64,000 bases of DNA from Elusimicrobia bacterium HGW-Elusimicrobia-2 (lineage in GTDB: Bacteria > CG03). The notes under the pieces were generated by a model, which worked only from the letters and a program-made list of their open reading frames with translations, did no database searches and was not told where the DNA came from. Positions 37,524 through 46,824 of the stretch are shown here, one piece after another (within the stretch, counting starts at the first letter, position 1; every line of letters starts with the position of its first letter). The translations under genes were made by a program, and so were the position numbers. The stretch lies in the NCBI GenBank assembly GCA_002841685.1, contig PHAM01000001.1:7086-71085 (forward strand), read 5' to 3'.

Positions 37524-37706
37524 TTATTCTATGTTTATCGCGTCAACGGGACAGTTTTCAGCGGCGTCTTTCACATCCTCTTCCTTATCCACCGTCACCG
37601 CTCCTTTCACCACGGCCACGCCGTCAACAATCTCAAAAACTTCCGGAACCGTCTGTTCGCAAAGACTGCAGCCCGTGCAAAGATCAGCGTCAATAGTAAC
37701 TCTCAT
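37524..37706 (-). CDS. Small 4Fe-4S ferredoxin
   Basis: 60 aa, 'CTGCSLCEQ...CP' single-cluster ferredoxin pattern. Confidence 0.8.
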   Translation of the reverse strand: MRVTIDADLCTGCSLCEQTVPEVFEIVDGVAVVKGAVTVDKEEDVKDAAENCPVDAINIE

Positions 37707-37849
37707 TTTATTCCTCCTGTTAACTTTAAATTTGCCTCATTATAGCTTTTTGATCTCTTTTTTTCAATGTGTGTGTGGCTGGCCCATGTGGGGACGCTGG
37801 GCGTCTTGACAGTGGAGAAAGATGCAAGAAGTCCCCTTTTCCCTAATAT

Positions 37850-37877
37850 TTTGCTGGAAACGGAGGCGGGAGGATTC
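37850..37877. repeat. 28-bp direct repeat duplicating the 3' 16 nt of tRNA-Ser plus 12 nt of its downstream flank (second copy 38021..38048)
   Basis: TTTGCTGGAAACGGAGGCGGGAGGATTC occurs identically at 37850-37877 and 38021-38048. Confidence 0.8.
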
Positions 37878-38031
37878 TCCTACAAGTAATCCGCCTGACG
37901 GCGGATTCTCGCAGGCCGCCCCTCGCGGCGCTCGCCTTCCCTTCGACTTCGCTCAGGAAAACTCGCGCATCGCTGCGGTCTTCGAATCCTCACACAAGCC
38001 AAGCAGTTGGCTTGCTCCTATTTGCTGGAAA

Positions 38032-38119
38032 CGGAGGCGGGAGGATTCGAACCCCCGGTGCACCAAAGGCACACAACGGTTTTCGAGACCGCCGCATTCG
38101 ACCGCTCTGCCACGCCTCC
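38032..38119 (-). tRNA. tRNA-Ser (anticodon CGA)
   Basis: Reverse complement folds as GGAGGCG acceptor, D-arm, anticodon loop CTCGAAA (CGA), long variable arm, T-arm GGGGGTTCGAATCCTCC; no encoded CCA. Confidence 0.85.
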
Positions 38120-38126
38120 ATTAAAA

Positions 38127-38738
38127 TCAGTCTTTATCATACACCAATGACGCTATGCTTTGCAAGCATAGCCGCAGAATGTCTTCCAGACGGACACTGT
38201 CGCCTGTTAGCTCACGCAGCGAGGCGGCATCCACGCCGTCAAAATCAGTATCGTTATTTACATTAATTCCGGCGCCCAGCACCGCGCCGACGCATTTGGA
38301 ACCGCTGTAAAACCCGGTGACTATTATCCCGGCGAGCTTGGAACCCGACGGCGTCACAATATCATTAGGCTCTTTTGTCCTGAGGGCCAGCGAAAGCTCC
38401 CCCTCAAGGCCGTCTTTGATCTTTTCCGCGGCCTTGATGGCGCAATCCTCATTGAGTAAGGCCAAAGAAGACGGCACAAAAAACGAAAACCATAAGCCCC
38501 CGTGAGGCGAATGAAATTTTCTGCCGAATCTGCCAAAAGCGCCGCTCTGGCTGCGTGCGACAATGAGCAAAGGCCTTCCGGGGCAGGTTTTGATTTCTTC
38601 CCTGACGGCTGTCTGCGTCGAAACGCATTCATCCAGTATCTTAAGCCCCGATGAGGGGAAAAAGCTTTTTAAAATATCACGGACTTTGTCTTCCCTTATC
38701 TCATTGAAATCCGCGCCGTCTTTAGAGCTAAACTTCAA
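38127..38738 (-). CDS. birA: Biotin--[acetyl-CoA-carboxylase] ligase (group I, no HTH)
   Basis: BPL catalytic motif 'GRFGRKFHSPHGGLWFS'; 203 aa. Confidence 0.75.
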   Translation of the reverse strand: MKFSSKDGADFNEIREDKVRDILKSFFPSSGLKILDECVSTQTAVREEIKTCPGRPLLIVARSQSGAFGRFGRKFHSPHGGLWFSFFVPSSLALLNEDCAIKAAEKIKDGLEGELSLALRTKEPNDIVTPSGSKLAGIIVTGFYSGSKCVGAVLGAGINVNNDTDFDGVDAASLRELTGDSVRLEDILRLCLQSIASLVYDKD

Positions 38739-39570
38739 GAGAAAAATCAGCGGCCCGCACAGAATGTGTCAAAGCCCCCGAGGATATCCTGTCGACGGGA
38801 ATGTGTTTATATTTCAGAACGCTTTTTTCATCTATACCGCCGGATATTTCTATTAGCGTATGGGGAGACATGCTGTCTCTCAGCTCCACGGCACGCGAGG
38901 CCTCACGCGGTGTAAAATTATCGCAGAGGAGCACATAGGGTTTTATGGAAAGGATCCGCTCTGCCGATTTGAGATCATCGGCTTCAAATATCACTTTTTT
39001 TCCCCTGAAGGCCTCGATCAGAGAATCAAGTCCGGCGTAAGCGATGTGATTGTCCTTCACCATCGCCACTTCCGCCAGATCAAACCTGTGATTGACACCG
39101 CCGCCGCAGCGGACGGCATATTTTGAAAGATATCTGAATCCGGGAAGCGTTTTCCTTGTGTCCAGCAACGCCGGCTTTCCGGCCGTTATCCAGTTATCGT
39201 CGATGATCTTCCTGAAAGAGGCGGTTTGGGTCGCTATTCCCGAAAGGAAAGAGAGAAAATTGAGCGCAACCCTCTCCGCTGAAAATATCATGCCCGCATC
39301 TCCCTCTATAGCGCAGACGATTTCACCGCCGGTAACCGGCGAGGCGTCCTTTTTGAGCGCTCTCACTTTTATGTTTTTAGATCGCGCGGTGAAAACAGCC
39401 GGAAGCAGAGCCATGCCCGCGAGGCAATAATCGCCTCGGGCAACAATGCTGGCTTTGACCTTGCGCGCACGCGGCAGAAATTTTGACGTGATATCGTCAC
39501 GAACCCTGTCCTCACTGAAAGCCCTTTTGAGCAGGAATGAAAACTCCTGTTGTTCTTTTTTATTTAACAT
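38728..39570 (-). CDS. nadC: Nicotinate-nucleotide pyrophosphorylase (quinolinate phosphoribosyltransferase)
   Basis: QPRTase pattern throughout, 'RKTLPGFRYLSKYAVRCGGGVNHR', 'MVKDNH'; 280 aa. Confidence 0.9.
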   Translation of the reverse strand: MLNKKEQQEFSFLLKRAFSEDRVRDDITSKFLPRARKVKASIVARGDYCLAGMALLPAVFTARSKNIKVRALKKDASPVTGGEIVCAIEGDAGMIFSAERVALNFLSFLSGIATQTASFRKIIDDNWITAGKPALLDTRKTLPGFRYLSKYAVRCGGGVNHRFDLAEVAMVKDNHIAYAGLDSLIEAFRGKKVIFEADDLKSAERILSIKPYVLLCDNFTPREASRAVELRDSMSPHTLIEISGGIDEKSVLKYKHIPVDRISSGALTHSVRAADFSLEV

Positions 39571-39589
39571 AAGGCGGGGACGCCATGTT

Positions 39590-40118
39590 TTATATGTCTT
39601 TGTGAATTACTCTGCCTTCTTTTGTGCTGACATCAACGGAAGCTTTGTGGAGTATCCTGTCAAAATCAGCTATGACTTTCATTATCTCCTGCGAAGAAGA
39701 TGCCGCGAAAATTTTTTGCATCATGACATCGCTTTTCAGCAACCTCGCCGCGCGGGCCACCACCTGGATATATTCCCTGTTCAGGTCAGGCGGGGAGGCC
39801 ACCATAAAAACGGCGTGGACGGGTTTTCCATCAAGAGCGTTGAATTCCACTCCGTCCCTGACCATGCCCATAGCACAGAAGATCCTTTTGACACTTTCAT
39901 GCTTGGCATGCGGAATGGCTATTCCGCCGCCTATGGCCGTTGATTCGAGTTCCTCTCTCTCCCTGATGGCCTTTAAAAAAGTGTCTTTGTCCGACAAAAC
40001 CTTTTCGGCCGCGAGGCACTCTGTGAGCTCCGCCATAATGGCATTTTTATCATGCCCCTTCAATTCTATCACAACGGTCTTTTTACTTAAAACATCCTCT
40101 AAAAACACTTTATCTCCT
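39590..40118 (-). CDS. ptsN: PTS EIIA-Ntr-like regulatory protein (fructose-family IIA domain)
   Basis: 'STAIGGGIAIPHAK' phosphorylation-site region; start reassigned to GTG 40118 with GGAG RBS to avoid overlap with tRNA-Gly. Confidence 0.7.
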
Positions 40119-40149
40119 TGCTGACGCCGTAAATTCCAAACCAGATTTT

Positions 40150-40226
40150 TGGAGCGGGCGATGGGATTCGGACCCACGACCTCAACCTTGGCAAGGTTGC
40201 GTTCTAGCCAGCTGAACTACGCCCGC
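40150..40226 (-). tRNA. tRNA-Gly (anticodon GCC)
   Basis: Reverse complement: acceptor GCGGGCG, D-arm GTTCAGCTGGCTAGAAC, anticodon loop TTGCCAA, T-arm GTGGGTCCGAATCCCAT, encoded CCA. Confidence 0.85.
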
Positions 40227-40274
40227 TCTATTGGGATTATCCTATCCAAATATTCCAGGATTGTCCAGCCCTTT

Positions 40275-41225
40275 TCAGTCTTTGACAATCCATGTGCCGG
40301 TCTTTCCGTCCATGGCTTCGCCTATTTTTTCCGGGCAGGTTATCAGGGCTTCCATGCCGCCGTTCTCAAAAAACTTGATTACCGCCTGTATCTTGGGAAG
40401 CATGCTGCCCTTGGCGAAATGACCTTCGTCCATATATTTTTTAGCTTCTGAGACTGTGATCCTGTCGAGCTGTTTCTGATCCGGCTTACCGAAATTAATA
40501 CAGACTTTTTCCACCGCCGTAGAGATGAGAAGAAGATCCGCCTTTATGTTGGAGGCCAGAAGAGCCGACGCGAAATCCTTATCTATCACAGCCGCGCAGC
40601 CTTTGATTATATTCTTCGCCTTATCATAGTACACCGGGATGCCGCCGCCGCCCACGGCCACAACAATGAAACCGCCTTTAACCAGCGTGGCTATCGCGTT
40701 TTCTTCAAGTATTTCTTTGGGTAAGGGCGACGGAACAACCCTTCTCCAGCCTCGTCCGGCGTCTTCCACTATATCCCAACCCTCTTTTTCCTTTCTTGTT
40801 TCAGCATCTTCTTTTGTCAGAAAAGGCCCGACCGGCTTTGAGGGATTCTGAAACGCGGGGTCTTCCTTATCCACAAGAACCCTTGTCACAACCGTTACGA
40901 CTTCTTTTTCAATGCCCCGTCGCCGGAACTCGTTTGAAAGCGCCTGCTGAAAATTATAACCTATAGAGCCCTGCGTATCGGCTCCGCAGGAGTCCATGGG
41001 AATCGGATGCAAACCTTCTTTTATCCCGGCCTCACTCCTTAAAAGCATAAAACCCACCTGAGGGCCGTTGCCGTGTGATATCACGACATTCCAGCCCCGC
41101 TCGATCATATTGGCTATGTGCTTCACCGTCTCGACGACGCACATATACTGGTCCGGCACGGATGAATGCGCCTTGTCTTTTATGAGCGAATTACCACCAA
41201 CGGCTACAACTGCTACTTTACTCAT
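40275..41225 (-). CDS. arcC: Carbamate kinase
   Basis: N-terminus 'KVAVVAVGGNSL' and 'VVISHGNGPQVG' typical of carbamate kinase; 316 aa. Confidence 0.9.
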   Translation of the reverse strand: MSKVAVVAVGGNSLIKDKAHSSVPDQYMCVVETVKHIANMIERGWNVVISHGNGPQVGFMLLRSEAGIKEGLHPIPMDSCGADTQGSIGYNFQQALSNEFRRRGIEKEVVTVVTRVLVDKEDPAFQNPSKPVGPFLTKEDAETRKEKEGWDIVEDAGRGWRRVVPSPLPKEILEENAIATLVKGGFIVVAVGGGGIPVYYDKAKNIIKGCAAVIDKDFASALLASNIKADLLLISTAVEKVCINFGKPDQKQLDRITVSEAKKYMDEGHFAKGSMLPKIQAVIKFFENGGMEALITCPEKIGEAMDGKTGTWIVKD

Positions 41226-41268
41226 TTGTTCCTCCTAAAATATACGCTTTCTGATTGTCCGGACGCGT

Positions 41269-42315
41269 TTAGAGTTTGTCCGACATTGTCAAAGCCATAA
41301 TGGCTTTCTGAACATGAAGCCGGTTTTCGGCGATATCCAAAACTATGCTCCGTGGCCCCTGATTCACTTCACGCGTGACCTCGGCACCCTCGTCGACAGG
41401 CATGGGGTGGATGAATTTCGCCCCGGGATTTGCGGTTTTCATTTTTTCTTCATCGCAGATCCAGTCTTTGTACTTATCACTTGCGGCGCGCTTTATCTCG
41501 GCCTCTTTGCCTATCTCATAGAAGTCTTTACCGAACCAGTTGCGCGAATAAACATAATCAGCGCCCTTATACGCGGCCCTCGGATCGCCTTTGACGATCT
41601 CAAAAGTGCCGCCGGCGGCTTCAGCGTTTTTCTTCGCCTGCTCGACTATGTTTGCGGGAAGCGAATAGTTATCGTCCGGATAAGCCAGTTTCACATTGAC
41701 GCCCAGACGGGAGTTCAGAAGAAGGCTTTCGTGCACGGAACAATAGCTGCGGGCAAGAGCCCCTTTCGCCCAGGTTTGGACAATAGTCTTGCCTTTGGTG
41801 GGCTGATTGTTGTTGTGCTCCCTCATCCCCATGATATCGGCAAGGCCCTGGCAGGGATGATAGATATCATCCGCCATGTTGATTATCGGCACATCCGCAT
41901 GCTTGGCATATTCCCTGAGGATCTTGTTGCCGTCGCCGTAATTGTCAACGGAAGTTTCAAGGATCCTTATTCCTATGCCCACGGCGAACCTCGCCATGAC
42001 CTTCGCGGCGTCGTGAATCGTCTCACCCGCTACCTCGACTCCCTTCTTGACGCTCTTGAGCCTCATTGCCTTCGGCTCGATGAACTGGGCGTGTCCGCCG
42101 AGTTCCGTCGCCGCGGCCTCGAAAGACTGCCTGGTTCTGAGCGAAGGGTTATAGAAGAACATTATAAATGTCCTGAACGCTAACATACTGTTGTACGGTT
42201 CCCCGTAACGGTTCGCCTTCATCTTCACGGCCAGAGACAGTATTTCTTCTATTTCCTCAACCGAAAGTTCCTGCGTGGTCACAACATCTTTACCAAACAT
42301 TTTTGATTTTGCCAT
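41269..42315 (-). CDS. YgeW-family-like carbamoyltransferase paralog (divergent; HCLP replaced by 'IHPMPV')
   Basis: 'NPSLRTRQSFE' carbamoyl-phosphate motif, 'HPCQGLAD', 'TWAKG', 'KDWICDEEKM' shared with YgeW-type transcarbamylases; lacks canonical DVWxSMG and HCLP. Confidence 0.65.
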   Translation of the reverse strand: MAKSKMFGKDVVTTQELSVEEIEEILSLAVKMKANRYGEPYNSMLAFRTFIMFFYNPSLRTRQSFEAAATELGGHAQFIEPKAMRLKSVKKGVEVAGETIHDAAKVMARFAVGIGIRILETSVDNYGDGNKILREYAKHADVPIINMADDIYHPCQGLADIMGMREHNNNQPTKGKTIVQTWAKGALARSYCSVHESLLLNSRLGVNVKLAYPDDNYSLPANIVEQAKKNAEAAGGTFEIVKGDPRAAYKGADYVYSRNWFGKDFYEIGKEAEIKRAASDKYKDWICDEEKMKTANPGAKFIHPMPVDEGAEVTREVNQGPRSIVLDIAENRLHVQKAIMALTMSDKL

Positions 42316-42338
42316 TTTATATCTCCTGAAATTCTGTT

Positions 42339-43358
42339 TTATCTCATTGTCAAAGCCATAATGGCCTTCTGGGCATGAAGCCTGTTTTCCGCCTCATCAT
42401 TCACTATGGAAATCTTCGGATCGTCAATAAGCGCGTCCGTAACTTCAAATTTCCTTCTGGCCGGCAGACAGTGCATATACACGGCGCTTTCATTGGCTTT
42501 CTCAAAATGCTTATGAGAAATACACCAGTCTTTTTTATAATTAGGCCCGACTTTGGCGTGCTTATCAGGGTCACGCGCCCATGATTTGGCGTATATGACA
42601 TCCGCGTCTTTAGACGCTTTCCATATATCATGCTCTATGTTGAGAGAGCCGCCGCTGACCGCTGCGGCTTTTTTGGCATAGTCAACATAATCCTGATCAA
42701 CATCATAAAGTCCCGGCTCATCCGGATAAGCCAAAGTTATGTTCATTCCCAGAGCGCAGCCCGCGGATATCATCGTCTGCGGAACGCCCGCCGATTTTGC
42801 TCTCTCGTCATAAGCCCATGACATAACAATTTTCTTTCTTCTGACAGATTCCATTCCGCCGAACTTTTCTATCATCGTCAGAATATCGCCCATGATCTGG
42901 CAGGGATGTTCCTTGTCATCCAGCATATTGATGATCGGCACTTTTGAGAATTCCGCAAGACCTCTCAACACTTCGCGGGCATCGCCATACGCATAGGTTT
43001 CCGCACCCATCTGAGCTTTAAGATTATACAGCCGGATAGCAAAACCGTCCAGAAACCTTGATATCATCTCGGCCGTGTCTTTCCACGATTCCTTATGGGA
43101 AAGCTGAAGTTCCTCGGGGCTATATGTCTGTCCATTTCCTCCGAGCTGGGAAATACCGCTTGAAAACGAGAGCCTCGTCCTCGTTGACGGCGAAGCAAAA
43201 AGCATACCAAGATTTTTGCCGGCGAGAAGATGCTTCTGGCTTTCGCCGATGGCATTTCTCAATTTCAAATCCCTCGCGACCTCAAGTATGGTTTCAAGCT
43301 CCTCCTTACTAAAGTCCCTCACGCTGATAAAATCTCTACCCTTAAGGTTAGTGATCAT
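42339..43358 (-). CDS. YgeW-family transcarbamylase (unknown-substrate carbamoyltransferase)
   Basis: 'SPSTRTRLSF', 'HPCQIMGD', 'KKIVMSWAYDERAKSAGVPQ...MNITLAYPDEPGLYDV...DADVIYAKSWA...KDWCISHKHF...VYMHCLPA' matches E. coli YgeW block by block (recalled from memory); lacks OTC 'DVWxSMG'. Confidence 0.7.
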   Translation of the reverse strand: MITNLKGRDFISVRDFSKEELETILEVARDLKLRNAIGESQKHLLAGKNLGMLFASPSTRTRLSFSSGISQLGGNGQTYSPEELQLSHKESWKDTAEMISRFLDGFAIRLYNLKAQMGAETYAYGDAREVLRGLAEFSKVPIINMLDDKEHPCQIMGDILTMIEKFGGMESVRRKKIVMSWAYDERAKSAGVPQTMISAGCALGMNITLAYPDEPGLYDVDQDYVDYAKKAAAVSGGSLNIEHDIWKASKDADVIYAKSWARDPDKHAKVGPNYKKDWCISHKHFEKANESAVYMHCLPARRKFEVTDALIDDPKISIVNDEAENRLHAQKAIMALTMR

Positions 43359-43393
43359 AATAATCCTCCTTTTATTTCTTTCCTTTAAAACCC

Positions 43394-44617
43394 TTAAAAC
43401 ATATTTTTAAGCCATTCAATAAGGCCTTTTCTGCGTTTGCGGTGGCCGGGGGCGGTCAGCGACGGAGATTCCTTGCTCACATCGTATTTGAGCAGACCCA
43501 GGACAGATGTCCATGAAACATCGTCCACAACAGCCGCGTCGCCCGCGCAATTGGCGGGGTAGCCCAGCCGCGTCTGAAAACCGAGCTCCGCGCGCACATA
43601 ATCCTCCATCCCCGGCAGTTTGGCTCCGCCGCCGACAAGAATACAGCTCGGCACGAGATCAGGATTGATCTTCATAGCCTCAAGTTTTCCTTTGATGCCG
43701 CTCTTGCCGAAAATATCCGCCAGACGCCCGCTTATTATTTCCGATATATCTTTAAGGCTCACCTCGTCCTTGGTCCTGCCGTCGATCCTTGTGACCTCTA
43801 TTTTGCCTTCTTTGGGTATGTGCGCCTGTGTGGCGAAACCGAAATCCTCTTTGATCCTGGCCGCTTCGAGGCGCGAAGATTTTATCTCCCTCGCTATATC
43901 GTTGGTTATGTAATCGCTGCCGTTGCGGATCGCGAAAAAGCCTCTTATCCCGCCTTTATTAAAATAGGATGTTTCGCAAAGGCTGCCGCCTATGTCTATG
44001 AGTATGCAGCCGAGAGCTGTTTCATCGTCAAGAAGAACAAGTTCCGCGGCGGCCAGTGACGAGAGGATGGTGTTCTGTATCTCAAAACCCGCCTTCTCCA
44101 CGCATTTCCTTATATTGGTCAGCATTGACGCTTTGGCGATAATATTATGCACATTCACCTGAAGATGTTTCGCCGCCATACCCTTGGGATTCATTATCCC
44201 CCTCTGATTATCCACCATATACTCAAGGGGTATCGTGTGTATTATCTCATCCTCGGAATTCGGTATGCTGCTTCGCGCGGCCTGGAGCACCTGTTTCACC
44301 TCGTTGAAGCTCACCTCCTGGTCCTGAGACATGACCGCTATGGCGGCGTGATGATCCAGGCTTGATATGTGCATGCCGTGCACGCCGAGTGAAACGTAAT
44401 TAATATTGGTTTGCGCCTTGTCTTCAGCGCTTTCTATGACTTCTCTTATGGATTCGACAGTCTGGGGAATATCTATGATGATTCCCTCTCTTATGCCTTT
44501 GCAGGGCCTGGAATCATAGCCGAGAACTTTTATCTGCTCACCGACGACATCGCCTATCACGCATTTGATGTGCGACGACCCTATTTCAAGTCCGGCCCTG
44601 ATGCTTTCACCTGTCAT
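43394..44617 (-). CDS. ftsA: Cell division protein FtsA
   Basis: Actin-like ATPase motifs 'GLEIGSSHIKCVIG', 'ILIDIGGSLCETSYF', 'VLVGGGAKLPGM'; 407 aa. Confidence 0.9.
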   Translation of the reverse strand: MTGESIRAGLEIGSSHIKCVIGDVVGEQIKVLGYDSRPCKGIREGIIIDIPQTVESIREVIESAEDKAQTNINYVSLGVHGMHISSLDHHAAIAVMSQDQEVSFNEVKQVLQAARSSIPNSEDEIIHTIPLEYMVDNQRGIMNPKGMAAKHLQVNVHNIIAKASMLTNIRKCVEKAGFEIQNTILSSLAAAELVLLDDETALGCILIDIGGSLCETSYFNKGGIRGFFAIRNGSDYITNDIAREIKSSRLEAARIKEDFGFATQAHIPKEGKIEVTRIDGRTKDEVSLKDISEIISGRLADIFGKSGIKGKLEAMKINPDLVPSCILVGGGAKLPGMEDYVRAELGFQTRLGYPANCAGDAAVVDDVSWTSVLGLLKYDVSKESPSLTAPGHRKRRKGLIEWLKNMF

Positions 44618-45384
44618 TTATTATTTTCAACTCCTTTATGAAATTTTATAATAGCACTTCGCATTTTTTTTGTAAATGGGCGCAAATCTATGTACTGGAT
44701 CTTCCGGCCTTTTGACGCGGCGTCTTTTATAACTTTGCCCACAGACTCCACTTTTTCCCGGACAAGTTCCCGTTCGGGACTGCCGAATAGAACCGCGCAA
44801 TCGGCCATATTCATTTTAAGCGATTCCCCCTCCATTGAAAAAGAAATTATAGCCTCGTAGAAATTGTTTTCCGTATCCCGGATATCTTTTAAAAACGCCA
44901 TGATCTCATCGCGCCGCCCGGATGCCGCCTCATTGTAATCGCTCCACAGCGGGATCTTGTATTTTTGTTCGGCGGCAGAAACGCTCCTGACGATCTTATC
45001 GTCTAATGTAATGATAAATTTCCGGCTTTCCCTCATAAACATGGCCGCGGGAATACGCTCTTTGATCTTCACGATTATCTTTCCGGGCAAAACCCTTCTT
45101 ATCTTCGCTCTGTCTATCCACTGTTCTTTCAGGAACAGATCCTCATCCAGTTTGTAGCTGAAAATATTGGCTCCGGTTTTCATGTCTATGAGTTTCTTCA
45201 CGTAATCTTCATTGAGCACCGACAATCCCCGTATCTCTATTTTCGTGACATTGAGCTTATCCCAGCCGAGCAAAAAATTGTAACAGAAATGCGCGGCCGT
45301 GCCCAGAGCGAACAGGAAAAACAGCGCGAAAAGAATTTTAAAGCCGTTGCCCTTTTTTTTCTTTTTGCGGGGGCGCTTCTTCAT
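44614..45384 (-). CDS. ftsQ: Cell division protein FtsQ/DivIB
   Basis: Basic N-terminus, single TM, POTRA-like region; position between ddl and ftsA. Confidence 0.7.
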   Translation of the reverse strand: MKKRPRKKKKKGNGFKILFALFFLFALGTAAHFCYNFLLGWDKLNVTKIEIRGLSVLNEDYVKKLIDMKTGANIFSYKLDEDLFLKEQWIDRAKIRRVLPGKIIVKIKERIPAAMFMRESRKFIITLDDKIVRSVSAAEQKYKIPLWSDYNEAASGRRDEIMAFLKDIRDTENNFYEAIISFSMEGESLKMNMADCAVLFGSPERELVREKVESVGKVIKDAASKGRKIQYIDLRPFTKKMRSAIIKFHKGVENNK

Positions 45385-46316
45385 CTTTTGAGAGAATCTT
45401 TTATTATAGCCGCCACAGTTTCATCAAAGCTTATCCCGACAGCGGCGGCCGCCTCCGGCAAAAGGCTCGTCTCCGTCATCCCCGGAATAGTGTTTATTTC
45501 AAGGGCGTAAAAAATCCCTGCCTCGGACCTTATAAAATCCACACGGGCGGCGCCTTTTATGCCTAGAGCCCCGCAGACTTTCAGAGTGTCCCTGCCCAGA
45601 GCCGCGGATGATTTTCTGTCTATCAGCGCCGGCACAATATGAGCGCTCATGCCCGGAGCGTATTTTGCTTCGTAGTCGTAATATTTGTTTTTCGGCACTA
45701 TTTCCAAAACGGGAAGAACTTTCCCCGCAAGATACCCGACTGTAAACTCACGGCCTTTGATGTATTTTTCCGCCAAAATTTCATTGTCGCGCGCAAAAGC
45801 TTTATCAATTGCTTTCTTTATGCTTCCACGGCCTGTAACAATAGACAACCCCTCTGAAGAACCTTCTGAAGACGGTTTTATCACAACCGGCAGGAGGCGC
45901 GCGACTCTGTCAATTATATTTTTTTCGCCCCTGACAATTTTTATGCCGGGCGGTGTCTTTATGCCCTCGGCGGTAAAAATAGTTTTTGTAAGCGCTTTAT
46001 TCATACAGACGGCGGATGCGGGAACACCCGAACCGCTGTAAGGAAAGCCCATTATTTCAAGCAGGCTTTGAAGCCTGCCGTCTTCACCCCATGCCCCGTG
46101 GCAGGCTATGAAATAAAAATCCGCCCGGGCTGATTTAATTTTTGAGACCATATCGCCGCGACCTATGTCAACAATACGGCTTTTGAAAGCCAGCCGTTTC
46201 AGCGCCCCGTTGACAGCCGAGGCCGTTTTGAGCGATATCTCCCTCTCGCTCTTTGAAAGTCCCGCGAGCACCGCTATTTTTTTAATACCTGCTAGCTTTA
46301 TTTTTTTATTCTTCAA
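45381..46316 (-). CDS. ddl: D-alanine--D-alanine ligase
   Basis: ATP-grasp Ddl pattern 'FIACHGAWGEDGRLQSLLE', 'EGSSEG', C-terminal 'EINTIPGMTETSLLP'. Confidence 0.9.
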   Translation of the reverse strand: MKNKKIKLAGIKKIAVLAGLSKSEREISLKTASAVNGALKRLAFKSRIVDIGRGDMVSKIKSARADFYFIACHGAWGEDGRLQSLLEIMGFPYSGSGVPASAVCMNKALTKTIFTAEGIKTPPGIKIVRGEKNIIDRVARLLPVVIKPSSEGSSEGLSIVTGRGSIKKAIDKAFARDNEILAEKYIKGREFTVGYLAGKVLPVLEIVPKNKYYDYEAKYAPGMSAHIVPALIDRKSSAALGRDTLKVCGALGIKGAARVDFIRSEAGIFYALEINTIPGMTETSLLPEAAAAVGISFDETVAAIIKDSLKR

Positions 46317-46409
46317 CTTTTCACTCCTTCCTTAGCCCTGACTATAGAAAACATTTTCATTTTTTTCCACCGCCTCGCTGACAAATATCTCATATTTTTC
46401 ATATCCCTG

Positions 46410-46823
46410 CTAAAAAGTATCAGAACCGTCACCATACTTTTCCCTTGTGAATGTTGTTTTTCCTGTTATTTTGCCAAGGATAATATCGGCTTTTCTGCAA
46501 AGCATAACAAATTCTTCTTGCTCAAATCCGCTATGTTTCAAATTGTTATATATTCGGTGCCGTATCTCTACATATTCTTTGGATAACCTGATTGATTTAT
46601 CTCGATCCGAACTTGTTGGAAGTTGTTTGCTTAGACGATAGAGTTTTTTTGCAGCAACATAGCTTGCGTGTGCAATTTGAACACATTGCCAATTTAAGAC
46701 TTTATTAGGAGAACGAAGCGAAATAAAGACCGACTCCTGTAAGAAGTCCTTGATACGGCAGCACAAATCAAAAAAACCTACAAATGCTAAAATGCTTCCA
46801 ATTATCTGAATTGGTGATATCAT
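46410..46823 (-). CDS. Hypothetical membrane-anchored protein, translationally coupled to the type IIG RM gene
   Basis: 137 aa, hydrophobic N-terminus 'IQIIGSILAFVGFF', start 1 nt after RM gene stop; no recognisable domain. Confidence 0.45.
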   Translation of the reverse strand: MISPIQIIGSILAFVGFFDLCCRIKDFLQESVFISLRSPNKVLNWQCVQIAHASYVAAKKLYRLSKQLPTSSDRDKSIRLSKEYVEIRHRIYNNLKHSGFEQEEFVMLCRKADIILGKITGKTTFTREKYGDGSDTF

Positions 46824-46824
46824 T

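Noticed and set aside
37822-38266. Two 84-100-aa plus-strand ORFs across the tRNA-Ser region
   Set aside because: They overlap a well-folding tRNA and the duplicated tRNA fragment; Pro/Arg-rich translations typical of non-coding GC-rich DNA.
40119-40177. ATG start at 40177 for the ptsN-like gene
   Set aside because: It would overlap tRNA-Gly by 28 nt; an internal GTG with GGAG RBS aligns with the conserved PtsN N-terminus.
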